Positions 33,689-45,439 of a stretch of DNA of 64,000 nucleotides are shown one piece after another. Every line of letters starts with the position of its first letter. The stretch's first letter is position 1. Under the pieces are notes generated by a model. It did not search any database and was not told the DNA's origin. It was given only the letters and a program-made list of their open reading frames with translations. Source of the stretch: TPA_inf: Saccharomyces (Eukaryota); the NCBI GenBank assembly GCA_000146045.2, contig BK006938.2, positions 480,001 to 544,000 of the forward strand, read 5' to 3'. The position numbers and the translations under genes are program-made.

Positions 33689-34020
33689 TGTTGAGAATGT
33701 GGATTTTGAGATAATTGTTGGGATTCCATTTTTAATAAGGCAATAATATTAGGTATGTAGATATACTAGAAGTTCTCCTCGAGGATTTAGGAATCCATAA
33801 AAGGGAATCTGCAATTCTACACAATTCTATAAATATTATTATCATCATTTTATATGTTAATATTCATTGATCCTATTACATTATCAATCCTTGCGTTTCA
33901 GCTTCCACTAATTTAGATGACTATTTCTCATCATTTGCGTCATCTTCTAACACCGTATATGATAATATACTAGTAACGTAAATACTAGTTAGTAGATGAT
34001 AGTTGATTTTTATTCCAACA
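33689..34020 (-). repeat. Ty1 3' LTR (delta)
   Basis: 332 bp; ends CCAACA on the plus strand; near-identical to the 5' LTR except for a cluster of differences in the outermost 17 bp. Confidence 0.85.
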
Positions 34021-34042
34021 TACCACCCATAATGTAATAGAT

Positions 34043-37000
34043 CTAATGAATCCATTTGTTAGTTAATAGTTTAAATGTTTTTATCGGAAGAGGTTTTGTC
34101 ATCACATCAGCAATGTTCTTCTTGGTCTCGATGTAGTATACGTATAAATTATTACCTGATACTTCATCTCTAAGTCTCATTGCCTTTGTGCCAAAAAATC
34201 TGTTTCTAAATTTCTCTTCATTTGTAGACTTAATTATACTGATCGTTGATCTACTATCAGTAAGTAAGCCTTTAATAATTGGTTTCTTGTTAAGTTCTTG
34301 CACAAGGTGACTGAGGTTATTCAATAGCGGTATAGCTTCACTGACTGCGTGTATTTCTGCTTCTGTAGTTGAAGTGCATGTTAACGAAGCCTTTGTCGAC
34401 TTTCCTCCAATCACTTTTCCGTTGAGTAGGAAAATGTTACCAATTTGTGACTTGTAATATGGTTGGTTACCATATGAAGCATCGCTTATTGCGACTAGTT
34501 TATTATCTGGCTTGGTAGGTTTGTTTTTGTGCCATATTAATTGTTTATCTCTAGTGTCCCACATGAATTGTATTAACTCATATGTCATGTCTAAAACTTG
34601 CCTAGAGGGGAATAGTATATGTTGAGCAAGTGTGTTGATGTAGTATAGTAAGTCAAATCTAAATTTATATCCAACATATGAAGCTAGACCAATCAACTTT
34701 TGCATTTCATGTACTTTCTCTTTATATTCATCTTCATCTATTTCTAGTTCATCCTGGTCTATATAATGACCTGGTTGACCTGGAGCTCTAAGTTTCTTTC
34801 CTTTTGGGTTCAAAGGTACGTTTAGTTTGGGTAATTTTTCTGTCAAGGATTTTTCCATACCTAATTTCATGTACTTGCTTCTTTGATATTTGATCTCTAA
34901 TCCAAGTATGTCGTACTGAATTTCGTTATCACCTTCACCCAGATTTATTATCTTTGTATCGTATTGTTTCTTGAGTGTTGTTATGATTTTCTTATTTGCA
35001 TTTAAGTCTTTGCTGAATAATATCATATCATCAACGAATAAGCAAATTGTTACTTGACTATTCTTAAATACGCATGACCATCCGCGAACTTCTTGCATGT
35101 CGCAACAATTTATTAAATATGATTTAATGGTTTCATACCAGTTTGCACCACTTTGTTTCAAACCATAGAGTGATTTTCTCAAACGTAGTAACTTATCATT
35201 CAAACCTAAATGTGGTGGAGGTCTTATGTATAATTCTTCTTTGATATCAGCATATAAGTAAGCAGAGGATATGTCCAGCTGTGTGATATAATAGTCATTG
35301 TCTAATGCGATTGACAATGACGTCATCAGTGCATAGTGATGTACGGTATTGGATTGCATATCAGAATCATATGTATCGGGGTGTTGAATGTCGCCTCTTG
35401 CAACAAATCTAGCTTTGTGTGTACCATCACGTTTTTTGTTAAATATAAACATTGAGTTTATTACTTTCTTAGGATCTATGTCATTTCTATCATAATATTT
35501 GTTTGTATCCCAAGTGTTCATTCTCAATAGTTGGTTAATTTCTTTATGATAAGCTTCAATATATCTGTCTTTTTCTTTGTTGTCTTCATTATATGTAATT
35601 GCTTCATCATATCTTAAGGTCGTTCGAACTGGTTTGATTGATTTTACTCCTTTTATTGCAGCAATTAGATTTATACGTTTCTTCGATCTTGGTGGTTCCA
35701 GACTTCTCATATTCTTATTATTCCATGTGTCTCGGGATACCTCAATTTCAGTTTCATTATCTTCTAATGATCTTTTCTTACTTTTGGTAGTAGTCAGAAC
35801 ATTAGAATCATCCATACCACCCAAACTGGAATTAGTCTGACGAGAGTGTATGTGTGGAATATCTTTTGAAACATCAGAAGTGTCCGTAGGAGATTTATTA
35901 GTTAAGTCAGGAAGTGGGAGGTCGTCAAGAATAGAATCAGCCGTAACATTTTTTGAGGATTTGTCAGGCATTATATTAGGAGTCGCATGGTCAGAAGATC
36001 GATATTCTGGCGGATCCGTATCAATGGAGGGTGTATTATCGCATGCAGCCTTTGTTTCTATGGAGATGATGGGAGTAGTGGATTCACTGTTGGACGAACG
36101 GTCATCTATTGAGGGCGTACTATTTGTAGTCCTGTATTTGATATTTGTATCACTATTTCGTTGAATATATGGTTCCTCCGTACCACCCAAACGTGTAGTT
36201 TTGATGTTTTCAAGTCCATAATTAACTCTATCCTGTGAGGTCAAATCAATCATATCATTGGGACTACCAGGTCGCTTTTGGTTTCGTGCAGTGAAGGTAG
36301 ACGAGTGTCTAGGTGAAGTAGTATCTGATTCAATGGTACCACCCATTTCGGTACTCTCTTTATTAATGATATGGGGTGTACGAGATCGTATAGTAGATGG
36401 AAGAATATTGTATTCAGATATGTCGGCATCAACTTCTTTTGGTGCACGTACTTTTTGGACTGGTTCCTTGTCTAATTGTAAAGGGTTTATTGATTGGGAC
36501 GAGAAGTCGTTCACTAGAGGATCAGAGTTTATTTCAATCTCCGATTGATAGTCATGATCAGATTCTGTATTTTGATCATATGACTGCTCTGTTTCATTTT
36601 TTTCAATAAAAGATTGGTTATGGGCTGTTAAACGATTGAGATCATCATCAAAGGTGAGTGTATCATAATTGAATTGGTCCAATTTGGATTGCTTGTCTTG
36701 TAATATAACGTAATTGGTAGTATCTACTGTCTTTTTTAATGATGGAAGATAGATAATATAGCCATAAGAGTTTCGTGACGGATGTAAGGCGTAACCTGGA
36801 ATGCCACGAGGATGTATTTTCGAGTCGGGATTATGGTTGTTAACTATAACCGGTTGACCGAAAGGTAGTATAGTAGTAATGTCCAGTCCAGCTAAACCTG
36901 CATGTTGTCTTGCAGATTTATCGTTTTTTGGTGAGACTAATGAATTTCTGATTATAGTAGAAAATTCGACTGCTGAGAACCATAGATGATTTGGTAGACC

Positions 37001-38066
37001 ACTGCAATGAAGCAGTGTGCGACAATCGTTTAATAAAGTACGATTTAATCGTTCAGCGACACCGTGTGCTCTAGAATCTGCCGTGGTTGTATAGCATGCA
37101 GTAATACCTCTGTTCGTAAAGAACTTATGAAGAGTTTTGTTAGTGTACTCGGAGCCACGATCCATCTGGATAACTAGAACGCGAGCATTGAATTGGTTCT
37201 TAATAAATGCTAATATCGATGTAAAAACATTGAGGATAGATTCTTCACGACGGTCGTGTAATGGGTACACCCATTGGAATCTGGTTTTCTCATCTGTAAA
37301 CGATATAAAGTAAGAAGGTGCACTTTTCGGTAAGTGATGTACAGGACCAAATATATCGGTATGCAAGTACTGAAAAGGCTCATATGATTCTTGGTACTTT
37401 AGTCGTGATCCTTTGACATGTCTATGTTTCGTGCTTTTGCCGATTAGACAGTCAGGACATTGATATGTGCTAGCGTTAGACCATTCAATATCCGATTCCT
37501 TCAAATATGTAACTGCATTCTTCTTAAGAGACTTCTGAATACTTCGGAAGTTAGCATGTCCAAGCATTCGATGTATTAACGGATATGGATATTTATTTAC
37601 GCTTTTGCTTTTGTTGACGTTGTTTATTGTTAGCTTTGAAATGTGCGAAGGAATTAGGTATTTTTTAGATAACCAGTAAAAGTCTCCATGTTTGACTATG
37701 GGAGCTAGTACTGTACCATCCGATCTTTCTAAAGTGTTTCTGGTAAAGCAGGCAGTAATATTTTGATTAGCCAGCTCACTCAAACTTAATAGATCATAGG
37801 CTATGTTTGGTGTGTGTAGTGCTTTTATTGATGTTTTGGTGCCGTTCTGAAAGTTGAAGTGAAGATTACCAATGGCATTTATAGGAATGTCTTGTTTTTG
37901 AGCATCGACTATGTTTATTTCAGAATTGGGTGTTGCATGGTGTAAATAATGGGCTGATCTGACAAGCGTTTGCGAAGCTCCTGAATCAATAAGAAGGTGA
38001 TCAGGTAGTTCGTCATTCGAGTCTATTGTGTGTGTTGGCTTAGATTCTTTCTGTTGCTGGCCTAAG
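34043..38066 (-). CDS. TYB: Ty1 Pol (TYB: protease, integrase, RT, RNase H), expressed as a Gag-Pol fusion by +1 ribosomal frameshifting
   Basis: Uninterrupted +1-frame ORF to 34043; integrase zinc motif [19 protein letters not shown] YxDD motif (LFVDDM), RNase H-like C-terminal end. Confidence 0.88.
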
Positions 38067-39356
38067 ACTAAGTTCGTTGTCATCGCTTAAGTATTGTGAT
38101 GAAACGGTTGATTCATTAATGTGATCATTGTTCACCCTTGAGAATTTACTAGATGTAGCAATATTGTGAGCTTTTGCTGCTCTTGGTTTTGAACTATTTG
38201 TTCTCTGATAATTACGAGTTGTAACCTTTGTGTTAGTCGTGTTTGGAGATGTGCGAGAAACATTTTTGTATTCGCTGTGTTGTTTGTATTGGGACGGTTT
38301 ATTTAGATTCATGATTTTATTTTCGTCATATATTAATTGAATTTCAGCGAATAATTGGGAAAGTTTCATGTTCGTTTTGGTACGATATTGATTACGTAGG
38401 TATTTGAAGTCACCGGATAGACCTTTAAGTATTAGTTGACAGGCCAATCTGTCGCTAACATTGATATTGTTTTCTTTTAGCCTCTGAATGATCGTACTGA
38501 CTGTAATTTCAAATGTATCAGCAGATGTACTTCCGTCGTACTCAAGGTTGGCAAGAGCTATCCAATCCTTTAATTCTTGATTGTTAGTTTGCATTTTGGA
38601 CACACTTTTACAAAGGACTGTAAGGATGTCAGCATAATTAATTTCTAAAATTTGTTTTACCCATGTTGGCAATAAATGAAATGGGGCAAATGCTTGGAAG
38701 GTATTGTATATATACGCATGTTCTTCATAAGTCATTTGTCTTTTGATTTCACCCTGGTCATTTGGAATGATGTCACCGAGATTAGAGTTCTTCAAAAATC
38801 TGATGTAAAATTTAACCCATGTAGAAAAGTTTTCTTCTGATGTTAAAGTGTGTGGTGGTAAGACGTTATTTCCCACCTTTGTCTTAGCTTGAGGTATTTC
38901 AGAGTGTTGATTTTTTAAATCGATTGGATCAGGTGAGGAAGTACTCAGTGGTGGGATATACTGTGGCAACGGATAGTGTGGGTCCGGTTGATAATACGCA
39001 GGTGACGTTTGATAATGTGAACACGTCATCATAGATGGTTGTTGGTAATGTGCCCAGTTAGAGGCCATAGCTTTGTTTGGGGTCATCATGCCGTGCTGTT
39101 GGTACTGTCCATTCTGTGGAGGTGGTACTGAAGCAGGTTGAGGAGAGACATGATGATGGTTCTCTGGAACAGCTGATGTCCCAGGTGTTGTCTCTTGTTG
39201 AGAATTAACCTTAGTGGAATCTCTATCAAATTCCGGTAAATTGGAAGCTGAAACGGCTAACGGATCTTGATTTGATGGGACTTCCTTAGAAGTAACCGAA
39301 GCATAGGCGCTACCATGAAGATTGGGTGAATTTTGAGATAATTGTTGGGATTCCAT
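38040..39356 (-). CDS. TYA: Ty1 Gag (TYA), 438 aa
   Basis: [49 protein letters not shown]... is typical Ty1 (not Ty2) Gag. Confidence 0.9.
38060..38066 (-). other. Ty1 +1 frameshift heptamer CUU-AGG-C
   Basis: Plus-strand GCCTAAG, reverse complement CTTAGGC, at the TYA/TYB overlap. Confidence 0.85.
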
Positions 39357-39647
39357 TTTTAATAAGGCAATAATATTAGGTATGTAGATATACTAGAAGT
39401 TCTCCTCCAGGATTTAGGAATCCATAAAAGGGAATCTGCAATTCTACACAATTCTATAAATATTATTATCATCATTTTATATGTTAATATTCATTGATCC
39501 TATTACATTATCAATCCTTGCGTTTCAGCTTCCACTAATTTAGATGACTATTTCTCATCATTTGCGTCATCTTCTAACACCGTATATGATAATATACTAG
39601 TAACGTAAATACTAGTTAGTAGATGATAGTTGATTTTTATTCCAACA
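39316..39647 (-). repeat. Ty1 5' LTR (delta); the TYA start codon lies inside it
   Basis: 332 bp; the TYA ATG (plus CAT 39354-39356) sits within the U5 part. Confidence 0.85.
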
Positions 39648-39742
39648 AGAAAAATACAATCTTCGAAAGTCATCCTCCCTTGAATATTCTTTCTTACCTA
39701 AACGAATAAGAACAGAATCTGAAAACAGGCAAGTGATTTTAC

Positions 39743-39826
39743 GGAGGGTTGGCCGAGTGGTCTAAGGCGGCAGACTTAAGATCTGTTGGACGGTTGTCCG
39801 CGCGAGTTCGAACCTCGCATCCTTCA
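39743..39826 (+). tRNA. tL(UAA)D: tRNA-Leu, anticodon UAA (tL(UAA)D), intron-less, long variable arm
   Basis: GGAGGGTTGGCCGAGTGGTCTAAGGCGGCAGACTTAAGATCTGTTGGACGGTTGTCCGCGCGAGTTCGAACCTCGCATCCTTCA; anticodon loop CTTAAGA; T7 terminator at 39835-39841. Confidence 0.9.
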
Positions 39827-39899
39827 ATAACTTATTTTTTTCCTCAATCTTCGATATTAGACATTTTTTTTTTCCTATGCCTCCCTTTTCCAAGTAATG

Positions 39900-39922
39900 T
39901 TTTTTTTTTTTTTTTTTTTTTT
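39900..39922. repeat. T23 homopolymer tract 75 bp downstream of tL(UAA)
   Basis: direct read. Confidence 0.9.
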
Positions 39923-40173
39923 AGCTCCTCTCACAAAAGTACTGAGGACTGAAATGTAAAAACTAATAACACAATAGAAATAATCATATGATGATATAGA
40001 AAAGAAGAGAGGAGACAATCATAATATTATACGAACTCATGGCTTTCCTTATGGGAAATTCTACATTCTCGATAGTGACCCTGGTATATTCAATATACTT
40101 AGGAATAACTGTCTTTCATAACAATGGCGGCCATACGATTACCGTATTATCCACCTATTCTTGATATTAAACT

Positions 40174-40476
40174 GGAAATTCTGTGAATTTTGTGATAATT
40201 GTTGGAATTCCATTGTTAATAAAGGCTATAATATTAGGTATACAGGGTTTACTAGAAGTTCTCATCGAGGATTTAGGAATCCTCAAAATGGAATCTATAT
40301 TTCTACATGCTAATGTTACGATTATTCCTCATTTCGTTTTATATGTTTCATTATCCTATTACATTATCAATCCTTGCATTTCAGCTTCCTCTAACTTCGA
40401 AGCTTTCCATAACTTCTGTCATCATCTAATACCGTATATGATAATATATTGATAGTATGACCACTAGTTGATACAC
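40174..40476 (-). repeat. Solo delta LTR (about 300 bp, slightly truncated or diverged at the ends)
   Basis: tggaaattctgtgaattttgtgataattgttggaattccattgttaataaaggctataatattagg... is colinear with the other deltas in minus orientation. Confidence 0.75.
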
Positions 40477-40783
40477 TGTTGGAATAAAAACCAACTATCA
40501 TCTACTAACTAGTATTTATGTTACTAGTATATTATCATATACGGTGTTAGAAGATGACACAAATGATGAGAAATAGTCATCTAAATTAGTGGAAACTGAA
40601 ACGCAAGGATTGATAATGTAATAGGATAATGAAACATATAAAACTGAATGAGGAATGATCGTAATATTAGCATGTAGAAATATAGATTCCATTATGGGGA
40701 TTCCTATATCCTGGAGGAGAACTTCTAGTATATCTACATACCTAATATTATTGCCTTATTAAAAATGGAATCCCAACAATTAC
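40477..40783 (+). repeat. Solo delta LTR in the opposite (plus) orientation, truncated about 25 bp before its U5 end
   Basis: Begins TGTTGGAATAAAAACCAACTATCATCTACTAACTAG... immediately after the previous delta; ends ...AAAAATGGAATCCCAACAATTACA. Confidence 0.8.
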
Positions 40784-40834
40784 ATCAGAATCCGCACAAT
40801 TATCATAGATGATAATGGATTTTTATTCCAACAA
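40784..40834 (-). repeat. Terminal ~50-bp fragment of a third delta (its U3 end)
   Basis: tcagaatccgcacaattatcatagatgataatggatttttattccaaca matches the last ~50 bp of the minus-oriented deltas. Confidence 0.6.
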
Positions 40835-40971
40835 TCAGCATGCCTTTTGTATTTCTGTAAAGAAGAGTAAACCATAACCTAAGTCAATATCAAATTTAGG
40901 ATTGATGAATTTTCTACTCAAAATGCTTTGTTCAAGAAGGTACGAAAGAAGGTTCCAATCGTCCATTTTAG

Positions 40972-41043
40972 GGTCCTATAGTGTAGTGGTTATCACTTTC
41001 GGTTTTGATCCGGACAACCCCGGTTCGAATCCGGGTAGGACCT
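40972..41043 (+). tRNA. tQ(UUG)D: tRNA-Gln, anticodon UUG (tQ(UUG)D)
   Basis: GGTCCTATAGTGTAGTGGTTATCACTTTCGGTTTTGATCCGGACAACCCCGGTTCGAATCCGGGTAGGACCT; anticodon loop TTTTGAT; T-runs directly downstream. Confidence 0.9.
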
Positions 41044-41313
41044 TTTCTATTTTTTAACCCTCTTGTTTTATTTTTCTTTCTTGGCTTTGAATTGCACAGC
41101 CCCTCGCATTTTTTTTCGATACCCTGAAAAAAGGAAAAAGGCGAAGAAATAAGGGCAATTTCTATTTAAAAATTATACAAGCTCGATTTTTCATTTTCTC
41201 CTTCCCCTCTCGCCCCTCCCAGTTTTCAACTGTATTTAAATGTTTCTCAGTTATGTTGTGAATTAAAATAATCCTAATTGTCAACTAAAAAAGTCTAAGT
41301 TAGCAATACCAAA

Positions 41314-41469
41314 ATGAGGCATCATCAAAATATGCATTATGCCCCACAACAACAACCAGTCTATGTCCAACAGCCTCCTCCTCGGAGAGAATCCGGTGGT
41401 TGCTGTAGAACCTGTTGTCACTTCCTATGTTGTCTATGTTTAATTAACCTATGTTGTGACGTTTTTTAA
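41314..41469 (+). CDS. Small (51 aa) cysteine-rich, probably tail-anchored membrane protein with a C-terminal Cys-rich TM module (CYSTM-like); YDR034W-B
   Basis: ATG 41314 to TAA 41467-41469: MRHHQNMHYAPQQQPVYVQQPPPRRESGGCCRTCCHFLCCLCLINLCCDVF; below the ORF-track size cutoff. Confidence 0.7.
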   Translation: MRHHQNMHYAPQQQPVYVQQPPPRRESGGCCRTCCHFLCCLCLINLCCDVF

Positions 41470-41628
41470 TTCTAATCGACAGCTAAAAATTAGTATGGAA
41501 AGAACATCATATTTAGCCGCTGAAAAAAAAGAAGCAGCTGCGTATCTTCTCAAATTTATGCGTACATAGTGACATATATTTAAAAGCTTCCTCACTTTCC
41601 TTTTTTATATTTTTTCATTGCTCAAGTA

Positions 41629-41635
41629 TTAGTCA
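41629..41635 (-). promoter_or_regulatory. Gcn4-responsive element upstream of ARO3 (TGACTAA; plus strand shows TTAGTCA)
   Basis: Single TGA(C/G)T(C/A)A-type site about 185 bp upstream of the ARO3 ATG; ARO3 is a general amino-acid-control target. Confidence 0.5.
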
Positions 41636-41662
41636 CATCGGAAAGTATGCTTGCTGCATTAA

Positions 41663-42928
<1,266 letters not shown>

Positions 42929-43210
42929 CCTGTAAATGAGGGAAAAATGCAAATAATCTTGAATGATACTCAAAACTTTTGATTTATTGTAATTTCTTTC
43001 TGAACCATATTTATTACATTCAAACTTTTTTTTTTTTGCCTTTTATAAAAAAAAATACTTATAAGAAAAGAGAAAGAAAATGACAGTTTTCTATGTATCA
43101 TTAAATAAACATCCATATACAAATATAGCGTTATGTTTTACTTTTATTATTTACATGCATAGAAGTGTTGGCAAAATTCTTTACGAGCCACGGGGCTGCT
43201 ATTTCAGGTT

Positions 43211-44713
43211 TTATTTCCATCTTAAGCCATCGTTAACTTCTTCACATTTTCTTTCACAAACAATTTTACATAGCGATTGGATACCCAGTTTCCCTCTTCT
43301 AGAAGGAATCACATTGGCAAAGTGATTTAGTACTTCTCTTTCGGTAACTTTGGCGCCAGTGTCATCATTCGTTCTCTTTTCAATATACGCAGCGATTTCC
43401 TGTTCTGTAGGCAATTGGTATTTAGAATGGTAGGGATATTGAGTCCAAGTAACATTCGAGGTATTTCTTAGTAATGACATTGGTAGCGATGGTTTAGGAG
43501 ATGTGATAGATGTCAACTGAGATACAAATAACTGTTCCTTCTTTGTCCATGGATACGGGACCCTTTGTTTATCAATAAGTTTATGCTTTGTGGCTTCAGA
43601 GAATTCCACCAAAGAGTCCTGGTTCATGCACATGTTAGCTGCTGTGTATAAGTCTCTTTTGATAGCAGATTCTATGTGATCTCTGGAATTCTCTTGCACC
43701 AATCTCAAGGCGATTTGAAGAGAGGATGGTGACTTGGTTAACAATTTCGTTTTGATTTCTTGTGCGAAAGCCTTACCTTCCGCAGAACCTTCATATTGAC
43801 GTAAGTTATTCATTATGTCTTCAATAGTACCATTTTTAGACAAGTTAAAACAGGCTTCAATAACGTTTAATTTCTCGTTAGAATACTTGAAAACATAATC
43901 TTTTGGTAATGGTGATACGAATTCGTCGATGGATTCGTTAACCATCCCGAAGAAGTATGCAGATTGTGGATCGTTATTAAAAGGGGGGCTAATTTCACCT
44001 AATCTTTTCTGCAAAGCATCTAAATTTTCACTACTGACGTAATGAGACGCTAAGCCGAGCATATAAGCGTCTGCTCCTGTGACTACTTCTCCTGTAAGAC
44101 ATAGATACAGGGCCATTTGTGAGTTTGAGTTAGCCAATGTCACGATTCTAGGGAGAGCAAAAGTTGAGCCTACATCTGGAAAAAAACCAATGTCCATCTC
44201 GGGCATGGCCCATTTGGTGTTTTCTGTAGCAATTCTAAAGGGCGTGTGAATGGATAGACCAACGCCGCCACCCATGGTGATACCGTCCATGAAGGTAACA
44301 ATTGGTTTCAAGTAAGTTGCTATTTGAAAATTCAAAGAATATTCATCAGTAAAAAATTTGATGGACTTGGCAAATTCTTTGTTAAAATTGAATATTGCCA
44401 CAGTAGCTACATCACCACCAGCACAGAACGAACGTGGTCGGTTGGATGACTTTAAAATGACTAAGTTTGTAGTATCGCTCTTTGCATACTCGTTCAAAGT
44501 CTTGAACATGGATTCTGACATTTCGGCGTTCAAAGCATTGAGCTTTTTGGGCCTATTTAGCGTGATAACTCTAGCTGTATCTTGAACGGTAAATAGCACA
44601 GGTGGTGCGTCGGTGACATTTAGCTGGGGTTGAGTAGTCATGAATGTACGTGTGGTAGTTTTAAATCCGTATTTAGACGACAATTGGGCACATTTTAGCG
44701 TATTTCTGAGCAT
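43211..44713 (-). CDS. EHD3: Mitochondrial 3-hydroxyisobutyryl-CoA hydrolase (enoyl-CoA hydratase/isomerase family), 500 aa
   Basis: ATG confirmed (CAT 44711-44713); crotonase-fold motifs (..FCAGGDV.., ..MGGGVGL..); N-terminal mitochondrial presequence-like. Confidence 0.88.
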
Positions 44714-45439
44714 TATTTGTGGTGGCTAAACAGAACCAAGTATTATATAAATGAGGATTCCCGTACACAGGCGCAGGAAACAAGCTGCTCTTATCTTCTC
44801 GGCTACCTCATCAATCATTTGGCTCCGAGGTTTAACACTTTTCTTTGCACTTGCCTCTCCAATTCCGAAGTTCCGAAGGGTGACCCGGATTGTGTTACTA
44901 AACAAGAGAAGATTGGTAGAAAACGCAATGGGTCAGTTTGGCTGGCTGAATCCTTGGAATCCTGTAAGGCTGCTTACTACAAATGGGTTAGGGACTGTTC
45001 TCTTCGGCATAATGTTTAAGTGTTAGTTTTGAGATATTACATGTTTAAGAATTCAAAAAACCTTTCTATTAACCCAGGAAACGATGCGGATAAGGCGAGC
45101 TTCTCCGACCCATGAGCACAATAGATCAAGTTCTGTTCTAGTTGTTGGTTAGTAGTTTATGGAATGCTAATGGCATTAGTGATGTAGGAATATTTTTGGT
45201 GTAGTGTATGGGTGTTGTGAAAATATTTGCCATTTGAATTTTTTTCGGCGCTTTTCTTTTTTTTTTTCTTTTTTTTTTAGCTTGAATTATCGATGAATGA
45301 TGAAATGACTCTTAATGAACTTCGAAGTTATATATACAGCCACTTTTTTGTTTAGAAAGAAAAGTATAATTATCTTACATACATTGATTTATTGCTCTGT
45401 CCTTCCTCCGAGAAATCCGTAATAAACTTCAATAGCATA

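Larger units (their letters stand above)
33689..39647 (-). mobile_element. Full-length Ty1 LTR-retrotransposon (5,959 bp) with 332-bp LTRs, intact TYA and TYB, flanked by the 5-bp target-site duplication AGAAA
   Basis: LTRs at 33689..34020 and 39316..39647. PBS TGGTAGCGCC (complement of the tRNAi-Met 3' end) lies just inside the 5' LTR (plus 39306-39315). PPT TGGGTGGTA lies next to the 3' LTR (plus 34021-34030). AGAAA is at 33684-33688 and 39648-39652. Confidence 0.9.

Noticed and set aside
35577-36609. Several 65-104 codon plus-strand ORFs inside the Ty1 element
   Set aside because: Antisense to TYB; Ty1 encodes only Gag and Gag-Pol on one strand
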